This document shows positions 1 through 9,242 of a stretch of DNA of 32,000 nt, piece by piece. The stretch's first letter is position 1. Each line of letters starts with the position of its first letter. Both the position numbers and the translations under genes were made by a program. Below the pieces are notes generated by a model. It made no database searches, had not been told where the DNA came from, and saw nothing but the letters and a program-made list of their open reading frames with translations. Source of the stretch: Verrucomicrobiota bacterium (GTDB lineage: Bacteria; Verrucomicrobiota; Verrucomicrobiia; Opitutales; LL51); assembly GCA_021294815.2 (NCBI GenBank), contig CP095464.1, positions 630,001 to 662,000 on the forward strand. The letters are read 5' to 3'.

Positions 1-1047
1 TACTACTGCTATCTTCGAGCAGCGGAATTATACCAGCAGCTTTCGGAACCGACGCAGGCGCTCCAGTGCTATGAGGAGTATTTAAAGATTTGGCCCAATG
101 ACCGTACGGCAGCGCTAGGGTATGCGAATCTAAAGTCACAAGCAGGAGATCGGCAGCGCGCTTTGGAGATTTTTGTCGCGCATGCAGATCATGATGTTGA
201 TGTCTGCTTAAAAGTCGCAGATTTGTTTCAGTCTTTTGGTAATTTAACACAAGCGCGTATCGGATATAACGCCGTCTTAGAGATCAATCCCAATCACCGC
301 GAAGCGCTTCATCAGTTGTGGCATTTGTACGTCCAGTCAAAAAATTATGCGGCGTTAGTACCTGTTGCGCAACGTTTACGCGATCTCGGTGAGTCAGAAT
401 ACCAGGGCGTTCCGCTTGATCTATTTCTGTCGGTTTCAAAGGGTTATGAACAGGCATTTGATGCGCTTTTAGGCCCCGATATGGCTTTTTTATCAGGACC
501 GATACGGATAACGCTACCTTCTTGGGTTTGGCGTCCTATTGCGATTACGACAATGCCCTCAAAACTCTTGAGTAAAAAGGAACGCCTCAAAGGACTCGAA
601 GAAAAGGTCGTTGATGCAAAATCTAAGGGCGATTACGAGGAGGCGATCGCGAACCTCTGGCAAATCCTCGGTATGAACGGTAAAAACGTTGATGCGTGGA
701 TCGAGCTAACGGAATGCCTCGAGCATATCAATAAATACGATATTGCGGAGATGACCATCCAGGAGGCGATGAAGTCTCAGCCGTCGGTCGAACTCTATAG
801 GGCCTATTTGGGGATCATTTTGCGTACGCACGGGTCGGCGGAGTATGTCCGGATTTTGCGAGATATTAAGCACAAGTTCCCTAAAGACGCGGATCTTCGG
901 TTAATGTGGGCCAAAGCGCGCGAGATGTATTTGGGTGACGCCACTGGAGCACGCCGCTCGTACGAAAAGTTCCTAAAGCTAGCGCCACCGGATCATCCCG
1001 AGACTGATCTCGTCCGTCGCCGGTTGGCCACTTATCAACATTTGTAG
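1..1047 (+). CDS. TPR-repeat protein (5' end lies outside the window)
   Basis: Frame 1 is open from base 1 (YYCYLRAAELYQQLSEPTQALQCYEEYLKIWPNDRTAALGYANL...) and runs into the listed 163..1047 ORF, so the TTG at 163 is not the true start. Repeated ~34-aa helical hairpins (e.g. ARIGYNAVLEINPNHREALHQLWHLY, AIANLWQILGMNGKNVDAWIELTECL) look like tetratricopeptide repeats. Confidence 0.7.
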   Translation, partial: YYCYLRAAELYQQLSEPTQALQCYEEYLKIWPNDRTAALGYANLKSQAGDRQRALEIFVAHADHDVDVCLKVADLFQSFGNLTQARIGYNAVLEINPNHREALHQLWHLYVQSKNYAALVPVAQRLRDLGESEYQGVPLDLFLSVSKGYEQAFDALLGPDMAFLSGPIRITLPSWVWRPIAITTMPSKLLSKKERLKGLEEKVVDAKSKGDYEEAIANLWQILGMNGKNVDAWIELTECLEHINKYDIAEMTIQEAMKSQPSVELYRAYLGIILRTHGSAEYVRILRDIKHKFPKDADLRLMWAKAREMYLGDATGARRSYEKFLKLAPPDHPETDLVRRRLATYQHL

Positions 1048-1051
1048 GGAT

Positions 1052-1675
1052 ATGGAGCGTGAGGAATCGAAGGAGCGGCGTTGGAAGCGGATTCGGATTG
1101 TTAAAAAACTATTAAAACTCGTTCCGCGACGGGATAATATCCACCGTTATCCAATTTTAAAGTATTTTGCCAATGCTGCGCGGCAGAGAACATATCTGTG
1201 GTCGTTCCGGGTAACGGAGGCAGTTCCGGCGCTCTACGCGGGGTGGATTCTAACATTGATGCCGGTGATGTCGGTTCAAGTGATCATTGCCTGTGTTTTA
1301 GCGTTTCTCTTTCGGGCGAACATCATGATTTTAGTGGCGCTCCAATTCATATCAACGCCATTTACGGTCCCATTTTTGTGGTACATCGCATATCGCGTTG
1401 GGGCATTTTTTGTAACAACCTTCGGTACCGATCGGCTCCAGACGCTGCGGCAATCGTACGATCTCGAGTGGTTCAAGCAAATGCTCGATATGCTGTTACA
1501 TGGCCAGGAGGGAATGAAGGCGTTTTGGTCAGTTTATGGACAACAGTTCATTCGTGTATTTTTTACGACGACCCTTGGCGGAATTATTTTAGGCATCATT
1601 TTAGGTCATCTGAGTGCGGCGCTATACAAGTATCTTGCGCGGTATTACAGTCAACCGCCTGTTCCAAAAATATAA
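1052..1675 (+). CDS. DUF2062-like integral membrane protein
   Basis: 207 aa. Basic N-terminus followed by ...TEAVPALYAGWILTLMPVMSVQVIIACVLAFLFRANIMILVALQFISTPFTVPFLWYIAYRVG, which resembles the DUF2062 core as I remember it. A further hydrophobic helix lies near the C-terminus. Starts 4 nt after the upstream TPR gene. Confidence 0.6.
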   Translation: MEREESKERRWKRIRIVKKLLKLVPRRDNIHRYPILKYFANAARQRTYLWSFRVTEAVPALYAGWILTLMPVMSVQVIIACVLAFLFRANIMILVALQFISTPFTVPFLWYIAYRVGAFFVTTFGTDRLQTLRQSYDLEWFKQMLDMLLHGQEGMKAFWSVYGQQFIRVFFTTTLGGIILGIILGHLSAALYKYLARYYSQPPVPKI

Positions 1676-1880
1676 CTGTTTTAGAGGTTCGTCGAAATAG
1701 GGTTCTATGTCTCTTTATACGGTTTTTATTAGAAGCAACAGGCTTTTGCGGACGTGTCGCTAATTGTATAAACATATATTAAGATCTAAAGAAGCAGTTC
1801 CTGTGGCCATGAATGCATTGCGAAAGAAAAGGCATAAAAGATTTGACCACGAGGCGGTGTGCGCTAGGTATTGGCGGAGC

Positions 1881-1957
1881 GGGGGATTAGCTCAGCTGGT
1901 TAGAGCACTTGCTTCACACGCAAGGGGTCGGTGGTTCGAGTCCACTATCTCCCACCA
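1881..1957 (+). tRNA. tRNA-Val (anticodon CAC), CCA encoded
   Basis: Hand-folded cloverleaf: acceptor GGGGGAT/ATCTCCC, D arm GCTC-AGCTGGTTA-GAGC, anticodon arm CTTGC-TTCACAC-GCAAG (anticodon CAC), T arm GGTGG-TTCGAGT-CCACT, discriminator A, then CCA. 77 nt. Confidence 0.93.
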
Positions 1958-1965
1958 GGAACGAT

Positions 1966-2886
1966 CTACTCCAGCATGTCTCGGATGGCGCGTTTGTAGA
2001 GTTGGCCGAATTTGTCGGAAAAGTAGAGGCTGTTTTTGCCGACCTTTTCAAGCCATAGACTGGGGTGCTCCATCAGTTGAGCGCCAATGCCGTAGTTCTT
2101 GTCTTCAATGATAATCTTTCCGTCGCCTTCGCTGTCGCGTTGGACGGCGTCTACCTGCATCGCTAATAGGGCATTGCCAATTTTGGTTTGTTGAAGCGCT
2201 AGCGGATCGCGGAAAAAGTGCTTCAATTTCCGGTGAGGTGTGGCCGTTTCATGACTTGCTAGCGTCTCCGGGACCGCTACATGCCAAAGCGACATCCGCG
2301 TACATAACAATACCAGACAACACGAGAGCGCAACCGCACAACCACGGAAGATTACGGCTGTCGCATTCGGTAGCCAACGACTGGGAAGGTAGGCGACGAG
2401 AACCTTGTTGATCAACGATTTGCAGAATTCGCTGACGGCAACGTAGAGATCAATGGATCTTTGGCCTATCGTCCGCGATGTGTGGTGTAAAAAGGTTCCC
2501 GTTTGGCTTAAACATTGTCCGAAAAGTTGTACCAATCGTAGCGCTTGCCGAAGCATGAAGCATGTTGCCTGACAAGTGAGGCGATAGAGGTATTGCAAAA
2601 GGTATAATACCGCGAGGCCGATCGATTGCAGGGTAAATAAAATCCCCGAGGTAAACGATTTACTCCCGTCTAATAAGCTTTTAAAGCCATCGTGGACCTC
2701 TGGTAATGAAGGGCCTGTGTAGCGAGGCTTTTTCGCTTGAGGACGTTCTGTTCCGAAAATGCCTTCGTACTTTTTTCGCGGTTCTTCGGGAAGCGGTTGT
2801 GTTACGGCCGGTTCTTGCGCGAGAAGCCCCTGCCGGCGACGACGTTCGGCATCGCGCCGCTGTAAACCATCGAGAATTAAGCTCAT
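1966..2886 (-). CDS. GspB-like (type II secretion protein B-type) membrane protein
   Basis: 306 aa. The N-terminus MSLILDGLQRRDAERRRRQ matches the MSxILDAL+xxExER start typical of GspB/ExeB-type proteins. Two hydrophobic segments (ILFTLQSIGLAVLYLLQYLY; AVIFRGCAVALSCCLVLLC). The C-terminus GKIIIEDKNYGIGAQLMEHPSLWLEKVGKNSLYF resembles the GspB C-terminal domain. Its ATG overlaps the stop of the upstream ExeA-like gene (ATGA, 2883..2886). Confidence 0.55.
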   Translation of the reverse strand: MSLILDGLQRRDAERRRRQGLLAQEPAVTQPLPEEPRKKYEGIFGTERPQAKKPRYTGPSLPEVHDGFKSLLDGSKSFTSGILFTLQSIGLAVLYLLQYLYRLTCQATCFMLRQALRLVQLFGQCLSQTGTFLHHTSRTIGQRSIDLYVAVSEFCKSLINKVLVAYLPSRWLPNATAVIFRGCAVALSCCLVLLCTRMSLWHVAVPETLASHETATPHRKLKHFFRDPLALQQTKIGNALLAMQVDAVQRDSEGDGKIIIEDKNYGIGAQLMEHPSLWLEKVGKNSLYFSDKFGQLYKRAIRDMLE

Positions 2887-3734
2887 AACTTTCTTAGCTG
2901 GTTGATGTCCTTGAGAGCACGGTTCACGTCCTTGAGCCGTACTTTTGTGGAATAGTCGATGAACGCCGAAATAAGCGCTTTATCGCAAATGTTGTTGATA
3001 ATCCGCGGTATCCCGTGGCTCGCTGAGTAGATCCGTCGTAGCGCAAAAAACGAAAACGCAGGAATCTGTCCGCGACGCAGTTGGTATTTGTTGTTTGATG
3101 TGTCTTTCGCTAATTGAATCCGGTGCGCAATGTAGTTTTTCGTATCTTGATAGCTGAGTGGCTTTAAATCGTGGTAAACCGAAATCCGTTGGCGTAGCTG
3201 CCGTAGACATTTTTTCCTTAAATTCTGCTTTAACTCGGGTTGTCCAATTAAAACAATGTGGATGAGTTTCTCGTCGTCACGCTCGATGTTCGATAATAAC
3301 CGAACCGCTTCGAGGCTGTCAAAGTCGAGATTCTGTGCCTCATCAATCATAAGAATCGTCCGTCTTCCGTGTTCCCTTTCTTGTCGAAGACGACTCATAA
3401 TCCGATTTCGCAGTTGCTCAAGTGGTGCGTGTGACGGTACCTTTAACGCTAACTTGAGACAAATCGTGTTTAATAACTGCCGTTCATTCTGTGGCGGAAT
3501 CGGCAACGATAAAATGGTGTAGCGTGTCGGATCTAACTCCCGAATGAGCGCATTGCAAAGCGTCGTTTTACCACAACCAACTTCGCCCGTAATCGCTGTA
3601 AACCCATCGCAGTTCTCAATACCATACTGTAAGAGCGAAAACGCTGTCATGTACTGAGGACTCATGTACAGAACATTCGCGTCGCCCTTAATCGTAAATG
3701 GTTTCTGCTTTAGTTCGAAAAACTCGAGATACAT
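2883..3734 (-). CDS. ExeA/GspA-like AAA ATPase
   Basis: 283 aa. N-terminus MYLEFFELKQKPF is typical of ExeA-like proteins. Walker A GEVGCGKT, Walker B ILMIDEAQNL, and LIGQPEL...L+Q+I as in the AAA_22/ExeA family. No C-terminal peptidoglycan-binding extension. Confidence 0.8.
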   Translation of the reverse strand: MYLEFFELKQKPFTIKGDANVLYMSPQYMTAFSLLQYGIENCDGFTAITGEVGCGKTTLCNALIRELDPTRYTILSLPIPPQNERQLLNTICLKLALKVPSHAPLEQLRNRIMSRLRQEREHGRRTILMIDEAQNLDFDSLEAVRLLSNIERDDEKLIHIVLIGQPELKQNLRKKCLRQLRQRISVYHDLKPLSYQDTKNYIAHRIQLAKDTSNNKYQLRRGQIPAFSFFALRRIYSASHGIPRIINNICDKALISAFIDYSTKVRLKDVNRALKDINQLRKL

Positions 3735-3738
3735 AGCG

Positions 3739-6252
3739 CTATTTCCCTATATGAACATCGGCTAAGTGCCAAATATCGTCGGCGTATTCGTGGATCGTAC
3801 GGTCGCTCGAAAACTTGCCCATCAGTGCGGTATTCAAGATCGCCTTTTGTGCCCAGCCCTTACGGTCGAGGTACGCGTCATTCACGCGTTTATGAACATC
3901 GCAATAGGCACGGAAGTCAGCGAGCGTAAAGAAAGAATCATAGTGAATGAGATTTTCAGCGATATCGCGAACCGGATTTTCGCCGTTCGGTGTCGTAAAG
4001 AAGTCTGAACGCATCCAATCGAGAACAGCTTTTAATTCAGGATCGCTCTCATAAAACGCCTGCGGATGATAGCCCGCGTTACGTAAGGCGGAGATTTCCT
4101 GTTCGGTATTCCCAAAGATAAAGACATTATCGTCACCGACTTCTTCTAGAATTTCAACATTTGCACCATCGAGCGTACCCACCGTACAGGCACCACTAAG
4201 AGCGAGTTTCATATTCCCTGTTCCCGATGCTTCCTTACCGGCTGTCGAAATCTGTTCTGAAACATCAGCCGCGGGAATAATTTTTTCCGCGATGGTAACA
4301 CAGTAATTCGGAATAAAGACGACTTTCAAGTGATCGTGAATCTCCGCGTTATGGTTGATGAAATTCGCAACAAGGTTAATGGCGTGAATGATCTTTTTCG
4401 CCATCACATATCCCGGAGCGGCTTTAGCGCCAAAGATAAAGACACGAGGACAAATCCCGTTTGGATTTTGAACAATACGACGGTGGAGCGCAAGGATGTG
4501 TAGGAGATTCAGTTGCTGGCGTTTGTATTCATGGAGACGCTTAATTTGGATATCGAAAAGCGCATCGGGATTAATTTCGATCCCCATCGTTTTTTGGATA
4601 AATTCGGCAAGCCGGACCTTATTGTCGTGCTTAATCGCCATGAACTTCTTTTGAAAGGCAGGATCCGTTGCTAAGGGTGCGAGTTGACGGAGCTGACTGA
4701 GATCGGTGATCCAACCGGTTCCAATCTTCGAATCAATGAGTGCCGATAGCTCTGGATTACAAAGTTTGAGCCAACGACGTGGCGTAATACCATTGGTCTT
4801 GTTGTTAAAGAGCGTCGGATAGAGTTCGTTGAACCCGGGAAAGAGCTGTGACTTTAAGAGCTCGGAGTGCATCCGGGCAACACCATTGACGGAGTGACTT
4901 CCAACAACTGCTAAGTGTGCCATCCGAATAACCGGATCATTTCCCTCGGTGATAATCGATAATTCCCGTTTCTTTCCATCATCACCAGGCCATTTGGCTT
5001 CGACTTCTTCCTCTAAAAACCGACGGTTGATTTCGCAAATGATCTGATAGTGCCGCGGTAAGACTTTTTGGAAGAGTGCAACACGCCAGGTCTCTAATGC
5101 TTCCGGTAAGAGCGTATGGTTGGTGTACGCAAAAAGCGCTTTGCAGAGCTTCCAGGCCTCATCCCAAGAAAGATGTTCTTCGTCAATAAGTACGCGCATC
5201 ATTTCCACAACCGCAACCGTTGGGTGTGTGTCATTGAGCTGGAGCGTCACCGTTTTTGTTAAATTCGACCAGTCTTTGTTGACGTTTTTGTAGCGCCGGA
5301 TGATATCCTTAACAGAACATGCAACGAAGAAGTACTGTTGAACCAAACGCAGTTCTTTCCCTTGTTCAGTCGTATCGTTGGGGTAGAGAATTTTGGAAAT
5401 TGTTTCCGTTTCGACCTTATCGTGGACCGCCTGGATGTAATCGCCGCGATTAAAGTGTTCGAGGTCAAATTCCTCTGTCGCCCGGGCTTCCCAAAGGCGT
5501 AAGAAATTAACTGTCTCGGCGCCGTATCCGACAATCGGAATATCCCAAGGCATTCCGATAATATCTTGCGTGTTTTCCCAAACGGGAATCCAATTCCCTT
5601 GATCGTTATAGTGCCCCGAAACCGTTCCGTAGAGTCGGACGCGTTGCGCATTTTCCGGACGAGCGATTTGCCAAGGACTACCCCCGGCAATCATCCAGTT
5701 ATCGGGACGTTCAAATTGTTGGCCATCGCGGATTTCTTGGCGAAAGAGTCCAAATTCATAGTGAATACCATATCCGATGGCGGGATAGTTTAGCGTTGCT
5801 AAAGAGTCCAAGAAGCAAGAGGCCAGGCGACCAAGACCGCCATTCCCGAGTGCTGGGTCCTGACTTTCGTCAAAGACGGTATCGAGATTCTGCCCAAGCT
5901 GTTCGAGCGCCTTGCGCATCTCATCATAAATCCCGGAATTGTAGAGGTTGTTCTTTAAGAGCCGGCCGGGAAGGTATTCTAGCGATAAATAGTATAACCG
6001 CCGTACATTGTGTTCGTGATGAACCCGTTGCGTCTGAATGTAGCGGTGTAAAATTTTATCCCGGACGGCGTAACATGCCGCGAGCCACCAGTCGTGTTGC
6101 GTTGCCGATTTTGCGTCACGTGCCAATGTACATTCCAGGTGGTGTAGAATGAGCGTTTGAAGCTCCTTTGCGGTTGCCTGAATAAAAAATGGAGCCTGCG
6201 TACCCTCCGATACCGCGCATGCCCCCTGAGCTGCCGACTTTGTTTTTCCCAT
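3739..6252 (-). CDS. glgP: glycogen/maltodextrin phosphorylase
   Basis: 837 aa. Hallmark motifs [19 protein letters not shown] and the pyridoxal-phosphate lysine motif [15 protein letters not shown], also NDTHP and TNHT. GGAGGGA Shine-Dalgarno 4 nt upstream of the ATG (reverse complement of 6257..6263). Confidence 0.97.
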   Translation of the reverse strand: MGKTKSAAQGACAVSEGTQAPFFIQATAKELQTLILHHLECTLARDAKSATQHDWWLAACYAVRDKILHRYIQTQRVHHEHNVRRLYYLSLEYLPGRLLKNNLYNSGIYDEMRKALEQLGQNLDTVFDESQDPALGNGGLGRLASCFLDSLATLNYPAIGYGIHYEFGLFRQEIRDGQQFERPDNWMIAGGSPWQIARPENAQRVRLYGTVSGHYNDQGNWIPVWENTQDIIGMPWDIPIVGYGAETVNFLRLWEARATEEFDLEHFNRGDYIQAVHDKVETETISKILYPNDTTEQGKELRLVQQYFFVACSVKDIIRRYKNVNKDWSNLTKTVTLQLNDTHPTVAVVEMMRVLIDEEHLSWDEAWKLCKALFAYTNHTLLPEALETWRVALFQKVLPRHYQIICEINRRFLEEEVEAKWPGDDGKKRELSIITEGNDPVIRMAHLAVVGSHSVNGVARMHSELLKSQLFPGFNELYPTLFNNKTNGITPRRWLKLCNPELSALIDSKIGTGWITDLSQLRQLAPLATDPAFQKKFMAIKHDNKVRLAEFIQKTMGIEINPDALFDIQIKRLHEYKRQQLNLLHILALHRRIVQNPNGICPRVFIFGAKAAPGYVMAKKIIHAINLVANFINHNAEIHDHLKVVFIPNYCVTIAEKIIPAADVSEQISTAGKEASGTGNMKLALSGACTVGTLDGANVEILEEVGDDNVFIFGNTEQEISALRNAGYHPQAFYESDPELKAVLDWMRSDFFTTPNGENPVRDIAENLIHYDSFFTLADFRAYCDVHKRVNDAYLDRKGWAQKAILNTALMGKFSSDRTIHEYADDIWHLADVHIGK

Positions 6253-6337
6253 AAAATCCCTCCGCGATGAGCTTAAAGAAAAATTTTACGTTTGCCAACA
6301 AAATATTATATTGAAGGGTGCCTAAAAATCTGAAGTT

Positions 6338-7006
6338 TTGGCAATAGTGAGACGCAGTTACATTCGGTACGTTCGGTTCCTATTTCTCTTGGGGTTGGGA
6401 ATGTGCTCAAATGTACATGCGACGCGTCGACAACGCACCCACTTGGAAAAATTAGCGGAACAGCGGCCCGCGATTAGTAGCCTTCCGAAAGATGCTCAAA
6501 GCCAAGAGGAACACGAAGAAACGCCCCAGACCGATACGAATATCATCCGCGATATCGTCATGGTGACGAAGCGGAATCGTGATTTTTACTACTGGTCGAC
6601 AATTTTAGCCGCAAAAGGAAAAACCAACGAGGTTGCTCCGAACTGCTCCCAGTATTACGTTATTGGCGCGCCCGATCCGCATCACCTCGCGGGACATTAC
6701 CTAGCTGTCGTCCTTAAGCGGTCGTTGAAGTCCCTCATGGGACATGCACGTATGACGGTACGTTACTTGAAGTACAGTCAAATCGATCCCGTTACGATTA
6801 CCGTGGATTTACCTGAGCGGGATGTCGTCGACGATCGGCAGATTTTTCTTTATTTGGGACCCTCCAATGAACGTTTGCGAGCTATTGGTTGGACAGTTCG
6901 CATCGACGATGGAGTAAAAACCTACGAGAAGGGGAGCTTCATTTGGCGCCGACTACTCCCGAAATACGACGGATCACCGTTGACAGAGCGGCCGAAAAAG
7001 CCATAA
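6338..7006 (+). CDS. hypothetical secreted protein
   Basis: 222-aa ORF. The N-terminus has a basic region plus hydrophobic core FLFLLGLGM and a possible cleavage site NVHA/T. No motif I recognise. The start is uncertain (TTG 6338, GTG 6347 or ATG 6401). Followed 12 nt later by the Nudix gene. Confidence 0.5.
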   Translation: MAIVRRSYIRYVRFLFLLGLGMCSNVHATRRQRTHLEKLAEQRPAISSLPKDAQSQEEHEETPQTDTNIIRDIVMVTKRNRDFYYWSTILAAKGKTNEVAPNCSQYYVIGAPDPHHLAGHYLAVVLKRSLKSLMGHARMTVRYLKYSQIDPVTITVDLPERDVVDDRQIFLYLGPSNERLRAIGWTVRIDDGVKTYEKGSFIWRRLLPKYDGSPLTERPKKP

Positions 7007-7018
7007 GCGATCCCGGGT

Positions 7019-7501
7019 ATGTCTGTGTGTAGATTCGTTTGCAAGTCACGGATACTTGTGGAGTATTTGGGAAAATTTCTCCTTCTTGAGCGCCAATTGA
7101 GTAATGGACCGATGTTTGTGCTTCCGGGAGGAAAAGTCGAGCGTTTTGACGAAAATGAGAGCGAAATCGTCCGTGAACTCAATAAAGAGCATCACGAGTA
7201 CAATGATAATGACGTTTTGCTCAACACCTTGCGGCGTGAGCTTTACGAGGAATTAAAGCTCAATCTGCCGCGCGAAATCGATTACTTTAGTAGCAGTTTC
7301 TATGTAAAGCCAGAGGGGGGACAGGAAGAATCTGTTATTGACGTTGTTTTTTATACGCAATTGCGTGAGCGGCCCGAACTCGTCGTTGATGGCAAAGAGG
7401 TGACATCGTATACGTGGATGAATCAAAAAGAAATCCTCGCGTCGCCACAGGTGCATGATTGGTTAAAGAAGGCATTGAAAGTCTTTGACAGAGTTCCCTA
7501 A
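7019..7501 (+). CDS. Nudix-family hydrolase (atypical Nudix box)
   Basis: 160 aa. LPGGKVE...RRELYEELKL contains the Nudix elements GG+xE and REUxEExxU, but they are separated by an extra ~21 residues (see findings). Confidence 0.7.
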   Translation: MSVCRFVCKSRILVEYLGKFLLLERQLSNGPMFVLPGGKVERFDENESEIVRELNKEHHEYNDNDVLLNTLRRELYEELKLNLPREIDYFSSSFYVKPEGGQEESVIDVVFYTQLRERPELVVDGKEVTSYTWMNQKEILASPQVHDWLKKALKVFDRVP

Positions 7502-7518
7502 GCGGTGATGCTGGTGGT

Positions 7519-8598
7519 GTGAAGCTGTTTTTCCTGAAAGAACGGGATCCTTTCGAAGCACGTGCCGCGTTAACGCCGTCGTTGTGTTCAAAATGGCGAG
7601 CACTTGGTATTGAGTTGTGGGCAGAGCGTGGTCTGGGCGCTAAAGCAGGTTTTTTAGATACGGCCTATTCCGATGTTCACTGGACTGATGAGGGAACGTT
7701 CATTGCTCCCGACGTTGTGATCGCGATTCATCCACAAGAAGAAATCCTACAACGACTTCCTGAAAATACACCCCATGTCAGCCTATTAGATCGTTATCAT
7801 CATGAAGTATTGATTCAAAAATACGCAGCATCACGGCAGCTGCTCAGTCTGGAGCGTATTCCACGGTCGACGTTGGCGCAAAAGATGGATGTTCAGAGTT
7901 CGCAGGCTAGCATTGCCGGTTATGCGATGGTGACACAGGTCGTTGCTAAGTTATCGCGAGCAGTACCGATGATGACCACTCCCGCAGGAACGGTGATGCC
8001 GCGACGTTTTTTAATTATCGGTGCCGGTGTCGCTGGCTTACAGGCGATCGCGACAGCACGACGGTTAGGCGCTAATGTCGAAGCATTTGATATGCGTGCC
8101 GAGGTCGAGGAGCAGATTAAGTCGCTCGGGGCGAAATTTTTGAAGATTGATCTCGGTGAAACTGGTGCGACGGCACAGGGATATGCAAAGGCACTGACCG
8201 AAGAACAACTCCGGAAACAGCGCGAGGGTCTGGCCGATGCCTGCCAACGTGCCGATGTCGTAATTACCACCGCAAAACTCTTTGGCCGTGCGGCGCCGAA
8301 AATCATTACCGCGGCAATGTTAGAAAAAATGTGCCCCGGAAGTTTAGTTATCGATGGCGCAGCCTCCCATGGAGGAAATGTCGACGGCTCCTTGAAAAAT
8401 CAACTGCAGACGCTTCCTAATGGCGTTACCCTTTGGGGTATGGCGTATCCTGAGAGCTACGTTGCGACTACAGCCTCAGAGCTTTTGGCATCGAATATTT
8501 ATAACCTCATTGAGGCACTCTTGCTAAAAGAAACACGGATATTGAATACCGAACATCCCATCTGGCAAGCGTGTCACGTAGTGCCCGAGAATTGTTAG
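7519..8598 (+). CDS. pntAA: NAD(P) transhydrogenase alpha subunit part 1 (dI, PntAA-like) / alanine dehydrogenase-family NAD(H)-binding protein
   Basis: 359 aa, GTG start. MKLFFLKERDPFEARAALTP resembles the PntA N-terminus. Rossmann motif IIGAGVAGLQAIATARRLGANVEAFDMRAEVEEQIKSLGAKFL, then GYAKALTEEQ...ADVVITTAKLFGRAAPKIIT, closely parallels PntAA. No transmembrane part. Confidence 0.8.
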   Translation: MKLFFLKERDPFEARAALTPSLCSKWRALGIELWAERGLGAKAGFLDTAYSDVHWTDEGTFIAPDVVIAIHPQEEILQRLPENTPHVSLLDRYHHEVLIQKYAASRQLLSLERIPRSTLAQKMDVQSSQASIAGYAMVTQVVAKLSRAVPMMTTPAGTVMPRRFLIIGAGVAGLQAIATARRLGANVEAFDMRAEVEEQIKSLGAKFLKIDLGETGATAQGYAKALTEEQLRKQREGLADACQRADVVITTAKLFGRAAPKIITAAMLEKMCPGSLVIDGAASHGGNVDGSLKNQLQTLPNGVTLWGMAYPESYVATTASELLASNIYNLIEALLLKETRILNTEHPIWQACHVVPENC

Positions 8599-9143
8599 CG
8601 GGATCCGTCGAATTCTTTGATCTCGTCAAAAAGGTTGATTTCATGCTCTTCGGGGTCGAGCTTCGTAAAGTTGGTGAACTCCGAAAGTGATTGCAGGTGT
8701 GATGCGACAAAATAGGTTCTTATTGATGCCCCACAGAGTCGCTTGAAGAGCGCTTGGACATCGATAGAATAAATCGCTTGATCGAGAAAGACCGAAATAT
8801 CGGCATCGTACGATTCGCCTTCTTTTAAAATTGCTTGGGAAACGGTTTTTATTGAGGGCGCCTCAAGAGGTACGATTTTTACATCAGGGAACTGCTGTTG
8901 AACTTCTACCCCTGCAGCGGTGGTAGTGTTGAGCAAGAAAAGGGCCGCAATTGGGTATCGAAGCGGAAGGCAACGTCCAGGGGCCGTTAGACGGGATGCC
9001 TCAGTGACATAGAAATAAGTCGTCGCTCCGCTCATATCGGTACGCCCGAGTATACGTTTTGCAAGAGTTTGTATAGCATAAAGTGCAAAACGAAATTTTG
9101 TGCTGTGGTCGGGAATTAAAATTTTGCGAAATTCTAAATTCAA
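8595..9143 (-). CDS. hypothetical protein
   Basis: 182-aa ORF with a TTG start. The first ~36 codons are AT-richer, so an ATG at 9035 (147 aa) is an alternative start. No recognisable motif. Its stop overlaps the pntAA stop by 4 nt (convergent). Confidence 0.45.
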   Translation of the reverse strand: MNLEFRKILIPDHSTKFRFALYAIQTLAKRILGRTDMSGATTYFYVTEASRLTAPGRCLPLRYPIAALFLLNTTTAAGVEVQQQFPDVKIVPLEAPSIKTVSQAILKEGESYDADISVFLDQAIYSIDVQALFKRLCGASIRTYFVASHLQSLSEFTNFTKLDPEEHEINLFDEIKEFDGSR

Positions 9144-9242
9144 CTTGACAAAAAACGGGTAATTCGGTAGCCTTTGCAGTAACTTCGGGACCGTTGCCCA
9201 GAGCTTTCGAGGTGGCGGCCTGATAAGAAAAAGGAATACAAG

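Noticed and set aside
1198-1782. 194-aa alternative-frame ORF overlapping the DUF2062 gene
   Set aside because: It is on the same strand and out of frame with a gene that has a recognisable family motif and membrane topology. Its composition (Gly/Ser/Arg-rich) is typical of a shadow frame.
1881-1957. tRNA genes (tRNA-Val here, tRNA-Ala at 16990..17065) as possible integration sites for islands
   Set aside because: There is no integrase, no duplicated tRNA 3' segment and no obviously foreign gene block next to either tRNA. The flanking genes are ordinary and tightly packed.
1764-2111. 115-aa + strand ORF
   Set aside because: It reads straight through tRNA-Val (1881..1957) and then runs antisense to the GspB-like gene. 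It is Arg/Cys-rich with no SD, so it is an artefact of the open frame.
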